DNA of 64,000 nucleotides from Tubulanus polymorphus. Taxonomy: Eukaryota; Animalia; Nemertea. The notes beneath the pieces were generated by a model, which searched no databases, had not been told where the DNA came from, and saw only the letters and a list, made by a program, of their open reading frames with translations. Made by a program: the position numbers and the translations under genes. Positions 28,157-40,524 of this stretch are shown in pieces. Each line of letters opens with the position of its first letter. Position 1 is the first letter of the stretch. The stretch covers positions 9,610,001 through 9,674,000 of the forward strand of contig NC_134028.1 of assembly GCF_964204645.1 (NCBI RefSeq). The letters are read 5' to 3'.

Positions 28157-29095
28157 ATGAATTCAACTCAGATGCAAATCGGACGAACTTACAGGAGCTA
28201 CATCATTCTTATGTCCGTGGTGAACAGGTCTGCAATCTACGGTACCCTGTCATTGGCTATTCTGCCTACCGTGTTCCTGTTAGGAGCCTTCGGGAATACA
28301 GCTTCTTTCCTGATAATGATAAGTCACAGATTCCGCAGTTTATGTTACGCTAACTATCTGATCGTTTTGTCTCTCAGTGATATCACGGTTTGCATTAATT
28401 TTACACTGATTCCTGTTTTACAGTTTGTTCTCATGCGTGTTAAAGGTGGTCCTATATTCATCATGAATTCATTGATCCGTTGTCAAATCTATGAATTTAC
28501 AACGGAACTGGCAGTCTTCAATAGTTCGTGGTTAATAGTAGCAATATCTCTAGAACGTGCGGCAGTTGTGCTCTTCCCAATTACATCTCGTTTTGTATGT
28601 ACACAAAAATTCGCTAGATTTGCTACATTGCTGATTATTGCGGTGAATGCACTGGTTCTATATCTTCTACCAACTTTGTCCATACACTTTTCTGACAAGT
28701 TTTTCGGATGTTACTATGAACTATTAGACCAAAAAAGATATTTCACCATAATTGTTATTTACATTTACCTTTTACCGTTAACTCTAATCATTGCATCAAA
28801 TTCTGTTATAATAATTCAGTTATTTAGAGGTTCAAAAATCGTTTCGTCTGATCAGAAAACTATAAAATCAAAACGTACAACAATAATGCTCGTAACAGTT
28901 TCACTCGCATTTGCAATATTTACACTTCCATCCACTGTTACTGCATTGTTACCAATCTCTGAAGAATTTAAATTTGTTCTATATGATATTTTTGCCCAGT
29001 TTCAAATGTGGAACTATGTAGTAAATTTTTACATTTATCTTTTACTGGGACGAGAAATTCGTGAATATTTCTGTATGAAAATCAGCTGTAGATAA
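28157..29095 (+). CDS. Single-exon class-A (rhodopsin-like) GPCR, orphan peptide/chemosensory-type, 312 aa
   Basis: Seven hydrophobic segments; GN in TM1, LSLSD in TM2, C and ISLERA (DRY variant) in TM3, FxxFTLP in TM6, NFYIY (NPxxY variant) in TM7; open frame; start could be the downstream Met at 28211. Confidence 0.9.
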   Translation: MNSTQMQIGRTYRSYIILMSVVNRSAIYGTLSLAILPTVFLLGAFGNTASFLIMISHRFRSLCYANYLIVLSLSDITVCINFTLIPVLQFVLMRVKGGPIFIMNSLIRCQIYEFTTELAVFNSSWLIVAISLERAAVVLFPITSRFVCTQKFARFATLLIIAVNALVLYLLPTLSIHFSDKFFGCYYELLDQKRYFTIIVIYIYLLPLTLIIASNSVIIIQLFRGSKIVSSDQKTIKSKRTTIMLVTVSLAFAIFTLPSTVTALLPISEEFKFVLYDIFAQFQMWNYVVNFYIYLLLGREIREYFCMKISCR

Positions 29096-29564
29096 TCAGT
29101 CAAATAACCGTTGATTTTAAACTCGATTCAATTTGCATAACTTATTTCGAATATACATTAATGTTGTTATCCTCAATGACATTTTAGTGGAAAATTTTAC
29201 GTGGCATCAATTAAGAACTGCCTTTGAAAATTCCTGCCAATGAGGTTAAGTCTTGGAACTGTTGTTTACTGTTGTAATCAGAGAATGATAGCGGGTATTG
29301 TTGGTGAATTGAGTCACCACACCTACCTGGTCACCAAACTAACCAGATAAACATAAACTAGCGCTCGGTGGTGTATTTGTTAGCACACCTGACCTACATC
29401 CCGCATTCCTGTTCCGAATCTAGGTTTTGGTACTAGTTTTTTGTCTTTTTAATAGGAGTTGGAAAAATATGTCTATTTTAGAAAAAAGAACTGCCCTTGC
29501 TGCTGACTACGGGCCTGTGTATTAATGTGGTTCGATGAAAATAGCTTTCGAAAACGCCTGTCAA

Positions 29565-29780
29565 CGAATAGGATTCAACCTCAAAACATCGGAGAGTGCG
29601 AGCGTAACGCTCTACCAACTGAACCACGAAGAAGAACTGCCAGGCAGCTTCTTTTTAACTACTTATAGCCTTACCCTAACCCTAATCCTTACCCCTTGGG
29701 ACCTCTAGACCCTAAGCCTCTGGACCCTCTAACCCCTTAATCCGATTGAAAAAGCCGCCATTTTTATAGATTGTATACAT
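29565..29780 (-). mobile_element. tRNA-like head adjoining a (ccctaa)-rich tract; SINE/Helentron-like non-autonomous element
   Basis: Minus strand cgtggttcagttggtagagcg...ggttgaatcc (A/B boxes) next to ccttaccctaaccctaatcctt. Confidence 0.45.
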
Positions 29781-29783
29781 AGT

Positions 29784-30853
29784 GGGCTCAATCTCAAATA
29801 TACTTTATTGTTCTCTGTAATGCAAATCCGCTATCGGATTTCCATAATAAAGAAGGGAAGAAAGAGAATTAAGTCCAAAGAGAATTAAGAATCTTGATTA
29901 ACAAATAAACGTATCTTATTTTTCATTTATCAACTTTGAATTTCAATGGAATTTGAGATTTTTGGCGACAACACGGATGCGCATTTTCCTCCATGACGGT
30001 AAGGCTGATTGGCTGCCTGAAAAGTGAATTGCTGAATCGACGTCCCGCAAATAATGCTATCTTTAGATCTCCGATTACAAAAAAGCAGCAATATGTAGAT
30101 TGATATGAATCTTCATCGTGTACCTTAAACGGAGGACACACTGGGCGATTTCGTCGGCCGATTTCGTCGCCCAACGAAATCCCCGGTAAATCGCCTTGTG
30201 TGTGTCTGGGCAATCGCCTTCGGCGATTTAGTCGGCCGACGAAATCGCCCGAATCCAACATTCTGTCGCCGGCGATTTCGTCAGAATTTCCACAATGATT
30301 CAGTCAAAGATAAAAAATTCTTGAATTGAAGAGAGTTACTCAGTACGCCTGATGATGATGGCTTTTAGTGTTTCGCCGAAACGTTGCTCTAAATAAATCT
30401 CTTTCAATGTGATATATTCTTTTCTGCACTCACTGCAGAAGATCGTAACTGGTGCAGAATTCGGCCCAAGAAACAGTGTGTTATAGCCCGTAGTCCCAGC
30501 AGTGGCACCGGCATCTTTACATGTCTTAGGAAGTCCATCGCAACACCATGATTAAATTAAAATTTGATTCGAAAAGCCGATACATAGCATAGAGCTTTTT
30601 AACTTTGTAGTTTTATTGGTGATATTTAAGCACCTAATTGTGATGCTTTTTTCGCACATTAAAATATTTGAAGAATAGATGGATTCTGCGTAAAAAAGTG
30701 AAATGTCGGTTTGCTTACGGATAATCGACTAATTGATATTTGAAAGTTTCGATACTTACAGGAATATGTTACGATTTTTTTCATTCCAAGCATAGTTTTA
30801 CTTGTATAAACTAAAGCAATCATAAAAGTCAGAATTAATAAAATCGATTTCAT
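29784..30853 (-). pseudogene. Remnant of a small secreted protein gene with a GON-domain/fibrinogen-like N-terminal motif
   Basis: Exon 30853-30760 MKSILLILTFMIALVYTSKTMLGMKKIVTYS (signal peptide, gtaagt donor, phase 1); exon 30547-30434 WCCDGLPKTCKDAGATAGTTGYNTLFLGPNSAPVTIFC (gtgagt donor; acceptor reads cat, not cag); exon from 29814 (ttacag|) KNNKVYLRL, then interrupted by a repeat. Confidence 0.45.
30123..30285. repeat. GC-rich palindromic repeat element (ggcgatttcgtcg / cgacgaaatcgcc units), MITE-like
   Basis: Multiple inverted copies of ggcgattt(c/a)gtcggccga. Confidence 0.55.
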
Positions 30854-31801
30854 TTTGTAGATATTGACCAAAGAATCAAGAGTAGATCTGTAAAAGTCGG
30901 AAACAACGGAGGTCTATGGTTAAACTTATCCCAAGCTAATGCATTCGATTCGTTGAAATCAATTCGATCTTATCTAATAATCTAAGGAACTTTTCCAAAC
31001 TTACCTTTCACGACGAAGTTACTACTTTGAATGAATAACAGATTAAAGCAACGGAATTTACTATCATGAGTTTGCCGGTTCGCTCTACTACCCGTACTGG
31101 TGTGGTAGGCCAATGAAAACTCCGGTGTGCTGAAATACCCCGTTTTGCGGTGATGTTTACGATCTTTGTTTTGACAGTTTAAAGTGATCAATGAATTTTT
31201 TCAAGTGCTTTAAAGAGCATGATGTTATATAACTATAGTTTGATGGTTTAAAAAGGATTTTATAGAAGACCAAAAATGTCGCTGCAAAGCATACTAGGAA
31301 GCGTACAACGATTCTGTCGGAATTAGGAAGGATCCTAGGGGTCAGCACATATCCTGAATATGTGGACCAAAATTGGCTACTACGTATAAAGTACTAATGT
31401 ACCGAGTATGGGCAAAAAAGCTTTGAAGGAAATGAAGATGTCTCTGACCGTTTCATATGCTTATTTTACAAATTCACGAGGACCACTCCGAAGACCAAGT
31501 CCGACCAGATGTTATTCTAAAAGTGTCACAGACACCACGGATATGGACCTAAAGGGTTGATGTTTGTTAATCTCATTCATCAAGCCTGAGGGTTTGAAAA
31601 TAGAATAGAAATCCTCATCTTTTTTCTTCCAGATGAATAATCGACTGATCACATGTAATCAGATATTGGGGTAATAAAAACTCGTGGATAATTTGCACAT
31701 CGAACCACTTCTTATATCGCGATTGAAATGTGTATGAGTTGTAAATCTGCGACGCCACACGTGATACTATTCGATAAACAAAATCAGATGACTTTAGAAA
31801 C

Positions 31802-31976
31802 ACAGCGGAAACATGTTACAGCGAACCTTACGGGACAAGAAAATATGTTCGTTATAACCGATAGTTCGTTATATCTAGTATGAAATACATTGAATGTTCT
31901 TACTTGGGACAAAATTCTATTTGTTGTATCCGATGAATAATTGTGTCCGAGTTTATTATAACAAGGTTCCACCTGT
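31802..31976. mobile_element. Tc1/pogo-like MITE
   Basis: Imperfect TIRs acagcggaaacatgttac...ataacaaggttccacctgt with internal gttataac units. Confidence 0.45.
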
Positions 31977-32125
31977 GTATGAATGTCTTCAATGCATCAA
32001 TGGGAAAAAAAGGTTAAAGAAACAAACTTTTGCAATGTACATCATAGTAATTGTGCATGTATTGTCCTTTAAACTGTACTTGTTACTTGTACTGACGCAC
32101 CGACTACAAACATGCGACTCGTTCC

Positions 32126-35100
32126 TTAATTTTCGGGTGCTTTCTCGTCATACGAGCATTTTCCACGAATACACCACTGAAACAAATGGTAATAACGTTA
32201 ATCAAAATCTCACGATAATCGATAGGATTCAGTAAGTCTTTCAATGACATCCGATACACTCCAAATAAAATCATCGTTATTTAGTGACATATACATAGCG
32301 GTGTCAAATGGACTTTGACTTACCATTTTGTTACCGCATGATGTTCCATACGCTGGGGGAAGTTTTTCTTGGTAACATCTTCCATTATCGTCTGCACACA
32401 TGAGGTTATCACAATTAAATCCCCCTTTCTTCAAAACAAAAAGCAAATTTCGGGTTTGATATTTATGCACAACTGAGGTAAGGCTTGCTTATTCAGGAAA
32501 GACATTTATCATCGATCTTCGGAATACGTACCGAAACACAATTGACTGACTTTGGTCCCCTTTTCATCTTGCACTGCTCATCAGCACTGTAGAACTGTCC
32601 AGGAAGTTTCTCAATGATTTTAGCGTATCCCTTTTCATTGAACCCTCTATTCAATAAACAGTTCGCATTTTTCCTAAAGTAAATAGAAATCGTGTGCGTA
32701 CATCCCCCATTCCTTTCAGACTCCATAACACGATCTTTGATTTAATCTGGTTATAATATTTCATCCTAATACTTTCTTATATCTACTTTAAGTTATTTGC
32801 TTTTTAATGGACTACACAATCTGTTCCCACTTCAAATATGAATAAATAAGTACCGTCAAACCGATAAAACCCCATCCCCAACTAACGCCGATATTTGTTT
32901 TCTGTGAACGGAACATCTGTATATCGTTTTCGTACTAGTAAGAATTAACTCCCGATATACGACATACTCTTTATACCACAACAACTCTAAATCACCACTC
33001 GGTGTGGTAAATCGGGTTTTGTCTGCCACAAAGATTCCAAAGAAAAATATATGTATACTTGTTGAGTTTTTCCATCTTCTTTTTCATGTCTCGAATTGCG
33101 CATTTTGAGAACGTATAAGGTGGTCCACCTCCCATAACACTACCAACTTTTTTAGGGCATTCGGATTCGTACTTAGTATCATGCTTGGCTCCCAAACTAC
33201 GTGTCAAAAAAAGAAAATCAAAATGGTGAAATTTAGAAAGAAAATTCATAATGAGAATATTTAGATGTTATGGAAAATGAATGATTTTTCTAGTTATGAT
33301 TTGATCAATCCAAATAAACTTCTTCTGATGATGACGAAATATATTAGAAAATAATAATTTTCGTTTCACGTTGTATGGCTTAAGATCCTACCTGTGTCCA
33401 ATTTCATGAGCAGGGCCAGTTCTGATAATATCCTTTGGGGCTGATCGAACAAGTGAGGCTGAATTACCACAAACGCCTCCCGATACGCCTAGAATGACAC
33501 AAAACCAACATTATTTCATCCTATGTTGTCCCTATTTCGATCGATATTTTTATGGGCCTATTTCAGAATCTAGTCAAAGGAGTAGTAAATGCGTAATTCA
33601 CCTGCAGCTGCCGAAACTGTTCCGTCGGGTTTTATTGACCTCAAAGGTATACTAGAATAAAGAGATCAATAACGTATCTTTAAGGATTTCGACTGTGAAA
33701 CGCATTCAAAATTTACTATTAACCAAGAATGTAAAATGAATCGCAAATTCTTATCAATTCGGTCTCTGATTATATCGTCATACCCCGTGTATAGTTGAAC
33801 ATGGTCGTAGGTGGGTAGTTTACCAGCTCGTTCCTCTAACCATACTTTTGCTAGTTTTTTAACATCACCTGGTTTTATCTTATACCCACGTTTGGTAGTT
33901 TCTTTGAACGGAGACGAATCTGTCCAAGGGGCTGCTTCTGCACTCTGAGAAATGTCAATGTTTTTATTATTCAGATCTTTATGGAATCATGCACAGAGAC
34001 ATTGGCACATTTATTCGGATATTTTACCTGAGCGACGAAGAAACCAGTAACACGAATACGTATTTGTAACGCAGGGTCTTCAATAGCACCGAATATCAGA
34101 TCAATCTAGATTGATAGATGGGAAATGAAACTCATTGAATTGACGATCAACATAGCTTGGTTTTCTACCGATAGTACTTACTCCGTTCACAACCTGTGAA
34201 TAATGCTCAATCGTCTTTTGTAGATTCTTTCCATAGCTTGGTGCAAAATGAACAGTTATTTCTATATTTTGTTAAATCATAACAAACAGGGGTTCAGGGG
34301 ATTTTGCCTTTTTGACAACTTATGAAATCCTTGCAGTCTGGTATCAGCAAGTAATTTTCGGTGTTGTCATATCGCGGAAAGACGGAATCGCGGAATTTTC
34401 CAAAAACGCGGAATTTCCTCATTTTTACTTTAAATAGTAAACGGGTTTTCCCACGGGGATACCCACTGTCTGACAGGGCACCGGACCCAGGTTTTCAACA
34501 CCGGGAATTAGTATTTGATAATTTATTATATCGCCAGTCAACAACTTAACGATACTGTTCCAAATAATGGAGAACCTAGGCAATACCATAGAATGGCAAT
34601 ACGTGCTTTGCGAATTCAGTGATACAGAGTATCGCTGCATTAACTGAAGGAATACAAATCGATGGTACGTAAACGTAGGATTTGTGATGACACCATGGGT
34701 CATTCTCCAGGACTCAGTTCCGAGTTAAGATTTGACTCTGGTCTCTAGATTTAAAACATTGGAAATGAATTGATTCTAAGTAACTCAGAGTTAACTCACA
34801 AAACTGTGGAACTGGATCGATGTCAGACGAAAATAAATAGACATTATGTATATTTCATTCTGGCTTAGAATTGTTCATGCGTGTTGTGTGTCTACATTGT
34901 TGTTATAAGCGAATGTGGTTTATCTTTTAGAATTAAATGATATGAAAGATTATAAATTGGTTTCGTTTTTTTTTTAATGTTTACTTTGTGACTGCTATAA
35001 CATATATGTTCCTATGCTGATTATTTGGATCAAAAGAATCTTATTGGTAGCGGTACTGGACGGCCGTTAAATTATAATAATTTCAAAGGAATTTGAACCG

Positions 35101-38100
35101 GTACTTGTTTGGTCGTAGGATTTCATGTTTGCAACCATCTACAACTACGGTCCGACACCGCGAACGTGCTCAATATTTATCTGATAATATTCGTTTCTGA
35201 AGTTCTCGAAAAGTCGATGAACTTCGATAACCGAAGTTTGCCTAGTAGAAATAGACATTATGTGCCTGGTCTCTTTCACCCCACTTGATTCTGACTTCTT
35301 CTACAGGTGGCAGCCAGTCAACGGTATCGGTAATATAATAATTCCATATAAAATTGCCTGCAAATAATGGGATTCGAACCTAACTCGTTGCATCGATCGG
35401 TCCGGTGCCCTGTCCGACAGTGGCTACCCCCGTGGGAAAACCCGTTTACTATTTAAAGTAAAAATTAAGAAATTCCGCGTTTTTGGAAAATTCCGCGATT
35501 CCGTCTTTCCGCGATATGACAACACCGAGTAATTTTGGTTACAGAATGTGCAACAATAAAAAGTATTGCATTGTACCCTTAAGACCTGCAAGCAACCGCT
35601 GCAATTTTCGGACGGGCTTAGAGACGCCAAAAGTCCTGCATAAATCAAAACATAATATAATCCAGTTCATCAGTTTTCTAAAATAGAATATGATTATATG
35701 ATCATGATCATTATAAAATGTTACAATAATCAGTGGGGCAACATTAAGAAGCAAGGCTTGTGGCATATGCTGACCCAATAGGAAATTAGTTACAGACTAA
35801 TGGATAGAAAAAACAAGCAACACAAAAAAGAAAGGGGCATGTAAGAAGAATAATTACGATACAAAAAGATACGCATGCTAAGAAAAAATTGTCACCTTAG
35901 CTGTTGCAAATTAAAAACCATAGGAAAAAAGAGCTATTTGAAAGGTATTAATGTCTGCCAATTTCAAAATTTACTGGACTTGAAAAGATGTGAGGTAAAA
36001 GTGGGATTTAGTTATGATACAAACAACTTTCTTTTGTAGCAGATCAAATTTCTGAAGCAACGAAGGGTAAGTATTGCCCCATATAATGTTACAGTAACTG
36101 AAGTGGCAAAATACAAAAGAAATATACATTTGTGATAAAACATTTTTCGGTAAATAACCACTTAGTCTACTAAATACCATAAAACGGGTTTTGGATAATA
36201 AGTTCAGAGAAAGTCTGTTTGCTAAACCAAATATCGAATTCTTGATATAAGATCATTGATTAAATGTGGTAAATTTTTATGACTGGCAAAAACCTTAGTG
36301 TCATCCACAAACATAATTAAATCAAATATTTTGGACGCATTCGGTAGGTCATTAATAAAGATGAGAAAAAGAATCGGATCCTAAAAAGAACCTCGTGGGA
36401 CTCCACATGTGGAAGAACAAGAGTTTGAATGAACACCATTGAAACATACCTTTTGCGATATGTTGCATAAATAATTTGGGGACCATGTAAAAGGGATACC
36501 TTTGATTCCATAATGACTGGGTTTGGAAAGTAGAATTTCATGATCTACCGTGTCGGATGCACGCGATAAATCTAGAAATAAACCAATTGAATTACCATTA
36601 TCTACTGAATTACTGATTTTGTTGACTATTGCTGTTATTGCCATGTAGGTAGAATGGTTTTTCCTGAAGCCGAATTGTGTTATTAATTATTATGTTATAA
36701 ACATCTAGAAATTTGACAAGCCTCTTATGAATAATTTGTTCTAATATTTTAGACATGGAAGGCCGAATCGAAATGGGCCTATAGTTACAAAATGTGTGTA
36801 TATCTCTACTTTTGTAAAGGGGCAGAACTTTCGACATTTTGAATAGATCAGGTATGACTCCAGTTGACATACTGAGATTGAATATATGAGCCGGTGGTAT
36901 TGATATGGCATCAATAACACACGTGTGTACCTTTTGACTTATACCGTCACAGTGTGTACTGTGTTGTTTGTTTTTAAACTTAAAACAAATTAATTGATCT
37001 CAATTTGATCAGTCGGACAAAAAAAGATGCTATTCAAATGCAAAGGAGCCAGAAAACAGGACAAGTTTTTATGTACAGGACTGATATTTTTTGCAAGATT
37101 TGGCCCTAAAAGATTTGGCCTATTGTAATCAATAAAAGATTTTTCCGATAATAAACTGCCAGTATCATTGCAGAAAGTATCTGGATAGTTTTTGGTTTTG
37201 TTTTTCTTGTTCATAATTATTTTGGGTCCTTTGCGTTTGAAAACCTACTATTATAGTATGGGTGTTTTGCACTCCTTATGACGTATAGATATTAATATAC
37301 CTTGTGTACATTTCTTTGTCATGTGGAGATCTAGTGGATAAATATTTTCTATAGAGCCTATAATTCAAATTACAGGATTGAGGTTAACTTTTTGTGATCC
37401 ATGGAGACCTTTTATCTTTGAAATAAGAATTACGTCTGTAAAATAACAGGAAAACTTTCTATATAAAAACAATCAAATTGGTCAAGGAAGTGTAGGATCT
37501 GTATAACTATAAATGTGAGACCAAACATGTGACATTAATTTACGCTTGAAAGAAGCAATATTGTAAAATCCGAGAAATTTTGATAGCTGACAAACTATGG
37601 CTTTTAATTTCTTGATTTCATATTAGACATTATGGTGAAAATAGGGAGGTGATCAGAAATCTTAGGAGGAATGACACCCGAGAACATGGCATAATTTTGA
37701 TAGCAGCAGTTAGTAAGAATGTTGTCAATTGATTTATCTGTGATACGCTTTGCTTTATTAATGAGGGGTTGAAATGGGTTTGACAAAGAATTTGAAAGGA
37801 ATATTTCGGTTGGTTTATGAGTAGCTGGATTGAGTAGATTAATATTAAAGTCCCCAATGATGAAGCATTTTGAATATTATATTGCTTCTAAAAGTTGGGA
37901 AAAGTCAGTGTCGACAGTGCCGGGACGGGTGTACGATCGGCATACGCCATAAACGTCCGAATCGTTGTCGGATGACCGCAGGTCAGCGAACGCCCGACAC
38001 CGCGTCGAGTCGAGCCACACAGATCAACCACGACCCACCTCTCCCCTCTATGCCTGATAGCTCCGACGAGTCGAGGCCACCACGGTCATTGAGGGTGATC

Positions 38101-40524
38101 GAAAGACCAATCTGATGTGTTTAAGATCCTTCCAGAGTATGCTTATCTCCCACGAAAATCATTCGAGCTGACCAAAGCGTCTTCACCCGTGAATACTAAT
38201 TGTGACAAAACGAAATGTGCACATAGTGCTGATTCTACTGGGGAAGCCATCTTTGATTCTAATGATTGTATCAATTTAGAGAGCAGCAGCGATGTGTCTA
38301 AGTTAGATATATATGTAACTCAATCAAACATTCGATTTTTGCGATCGTTTCCATGGACAATTTGCACCGATTTTGCAATCGAATCGAACGATGATGTAAA
38401 AACCAACGATGGTTCAGGTAGGTTGACCATAGGAAATAAACATGGCGATGAAGAAAAGAAGATCGTATCTTTATCAACTATCGGGGCCTCCGCTTGGAAA
38501 TAAGCAAAATTCGAAAATGATCGTGTTTATAAAAACAGGCGTTTCTCCGATCGATCGCAAAAAAAGAATGCTACTCGTAAAAACGTCTTTAGGCTTGTGA
38601 GCTTAATACGTAACTTGATTTTGTGTGCCGACGAACAGCAGTGTGGCCACCAGCCCGACGGGCTCAGGTCGCCTCAGGTTAATAGCAGGCGAAAAAAATC
38701 AGTAAATATTTCATTGCATTGAAAATAGCTCATAAGGAAAATAAATTGAATATTAAATATTAAAAGACTCACAGTGAATATGTTGAAAAGTCGATTAATA
38801 CGAATAGTTCAACGTAGTAAGTTGGATAAGTGGTTTTTTTGCGTCGAAAAATATCAATTTCCTCATCTATAAGAATAAACAATGAACAATATAACACGCA
38901 GTAAAATAGATCCATAAATAGATCTACTATTTTACGGGGAATACCTGAATCAATTTTCAAAGTTCTTTTCGTTATAGTATGAATTACCCCATCATTGTTC
39001 TCGGTTACATCCCTCTTTTTATCATCTGATACAGGTTGCTCGGACCTTTCAATGCAGTAAACATTCCCATCTCCATTCAAATCAAATGTTCCCATCTATA
39101 AAACGATTATTAGATACATTAAAGTACTTAAAGCCTAAAAGTGTTTTGGTCCTGATTCAAATATGACAGCTATCGTTCAATTATGATTGATATTTGTTGC
39201 GATTGGAAACTAACCAGACTTCGTTGTACGCGTCCACTGTCGGTTCGTTTTGTAGTGACAGTAACCGCAGCCCTTTTATCTAATGACTGGTAAGGTACGC
39301 TCTCCTATACAAAACAACAATTATATTTTAGAAAGAAAACGGAAAAAATGAAAATACGAAAGAAATAAAATATGAAATGAAAGAAACTGAGAATACTAAG
39401 ACTTACTGACTGTATATACTACCAAAAGTCCAATGAATTAATAAATCTTAAGCACATTTGTCGACAGAAGCGTCCTGGGTACATAATTCATTTTTTAATT
39501 TTTAGCTGATTGAAAAAACATAAAATTAAATGAAATTGATTTAATCCGTGAAAAAGTCGAAATTAAATCAACCTCGGTCGAAAAAACATAAAATCAAATG
39601 AAAAATGATTTAATTCGGTGAAAAAAGTCAGAATTTTAATCGCCGCCGGTCAAAAAAAAAATTAGATCAAATAAAAAAATGATTTAATTCCATGAAAAAG
39701 TCGGAATTAAATCGCCGCCGGTCGAAAAAACATAACGTTTGAAAATAAATCAAATTTATATTTAATGTTATGATTTTTCAATCAGCAAAAAATGAAAAAA
39801 TTAATTATGTCCCCAGGACGCTTCCGTATTAGTCAGATCAAAATAGTATTTACCGGTTTTTCTCGTTGTAATCTTTTTAATTCACCATCTTCACCAGTTA
39901 CAAAAACCGGTGCCTGGTGGACATTTAACGAGTCGCGTCTTTGTAGATGTAAGATAACGCTATCTTCAGGAAATTCTAATCGAAACGCCAACAGCTCCGG
40001 ATGAGTTTCAGACTCTGATAAACTTCGCCTCGTTACATCGTAAACTGCTAAATTCTTCACATCAACACCTTTTTATGAAATCAACGAAATCTTTGATTAC
40101 TTTCTTGTAGGATCCGAATTGTGTTTCTTCGTTTGATGAATTCAAGAAAAGTGATTTAAGTATACGAAGAGTGATATCGTTGTAATATCGATAAATTTCA
40201 TTTGTGTGCATCCATCTGCAATCTTTACTCCAGTATCGGTATCAGACTCTACTACTGCCCACACCTTTACTGAACAAAAGGCATGGTCTAAAATTGTAAG
40301 CTTATCAACTCAGGGATAATTGAACGAATCAAAGAAAAAAACATGTCGTTGCCTTGATTATCTAATTCATTTAAGAATCAAAAAGAATTATATAAAGATG
40401 ATCGAGTGCTTCGAATTTTAGAGAAGCGTATTATAAAATTTTTAGAAGAATTGTGTGTCAACGGATCTAACTTACCTAAAACCATCGAAGTAAAAACTGA
40501 ACAAGAGAATAAAACTAACAACAT
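32126..40524 (-). CDS. ADAMTS-like secreted zinc metalloprotease (M12B/reprolysin), copy A, 14 exons, ~491 aa
   Basis: Exons 40524-40476, 40068-39854, 39304-39215, 39095-38945, 38866-38773, 34236-34182, 34105-34028, 33944-33784, 33651-33602, 33488-33392, 33196-33059, 32673-32532, 32428-32324, 32176-32126; all GT-AG and in frame (1476 nt); signal peptide, prodomain, FRRKK, YVELFVLID, AHEIGHSLGAKHD, Met-turn GSVMGG, ADAMTS disintegrin-like/Cys-rich PGQFYSADEQC...GTSCGNKMWCIRGKC. Confidence 0.9.
34359..35527. mobile_element. Non-autonomous DNA transposon with ~129-bp TIRs and 9-bp TSD (Mutator-like), in intron 5 of protease A
   Basis: TIRs 34359-34487 and 35399-35527 (cggtgttgtcatatcgcggaaagacgg...); perfect TSD agtaatttt at 34350-34358 and 35528-35536; nested MITE at ~34706-34819. 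Confidence 0.85.
35720..37870 (-). mobile_element. Degenerate CR1/L2-group LINE ORF2 in intron 5 of protease A
   Basis: Fragmented ORFs: IDNILTN, ISDHLPIF (APE), NYRPISI, FLDLSRASDTVDH, CGVPRGS, YCNIIWG; many indels. Confidence 0.85.
39462..39828. mobile_element. MITE with ~55-bp TIRs and internal ~65-70-bp tandem repeats, in intron 2 of protease A
   Basis: gaagcgtcctgggtacataatt...gctgattgaaaaa vs tttttcaatcagc...aattatgtccccaggacgcttccgta; three internal units aaaa..tgatttaat..gtgaaaaagtc..aattaaatc..cggtc. Confidence 0.7.

Noticed and set aside
29461-29520. Possible continuation of the GON-like exon (GSSF.KIDI-like)
   Set aside because: Needs a frameshift and begins with a caggcccgtag motif typical of repeat termini; likely coincidental
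34361-35686. Two near-identical short ORFs (SYRGKTESRNFPKTRNF) on opposite strands
   Set aside because: They are translations of the transposon TIRs
37870-38503. Plus-strand ORFs of 81 and 128 aa
   Set aside because: No recognisable motif; they lie antisense in the presumed 5'/ORF1 region of the intronic LINE, and I could not support an ORF1 call either
39500-39790. Regularly spaced repeats resembling a CRISPR array
   Set aside because: Degenerate tandem units without unique spacers, bounded by MITE TIRs, inside a eukaryotic intron; no cas genes
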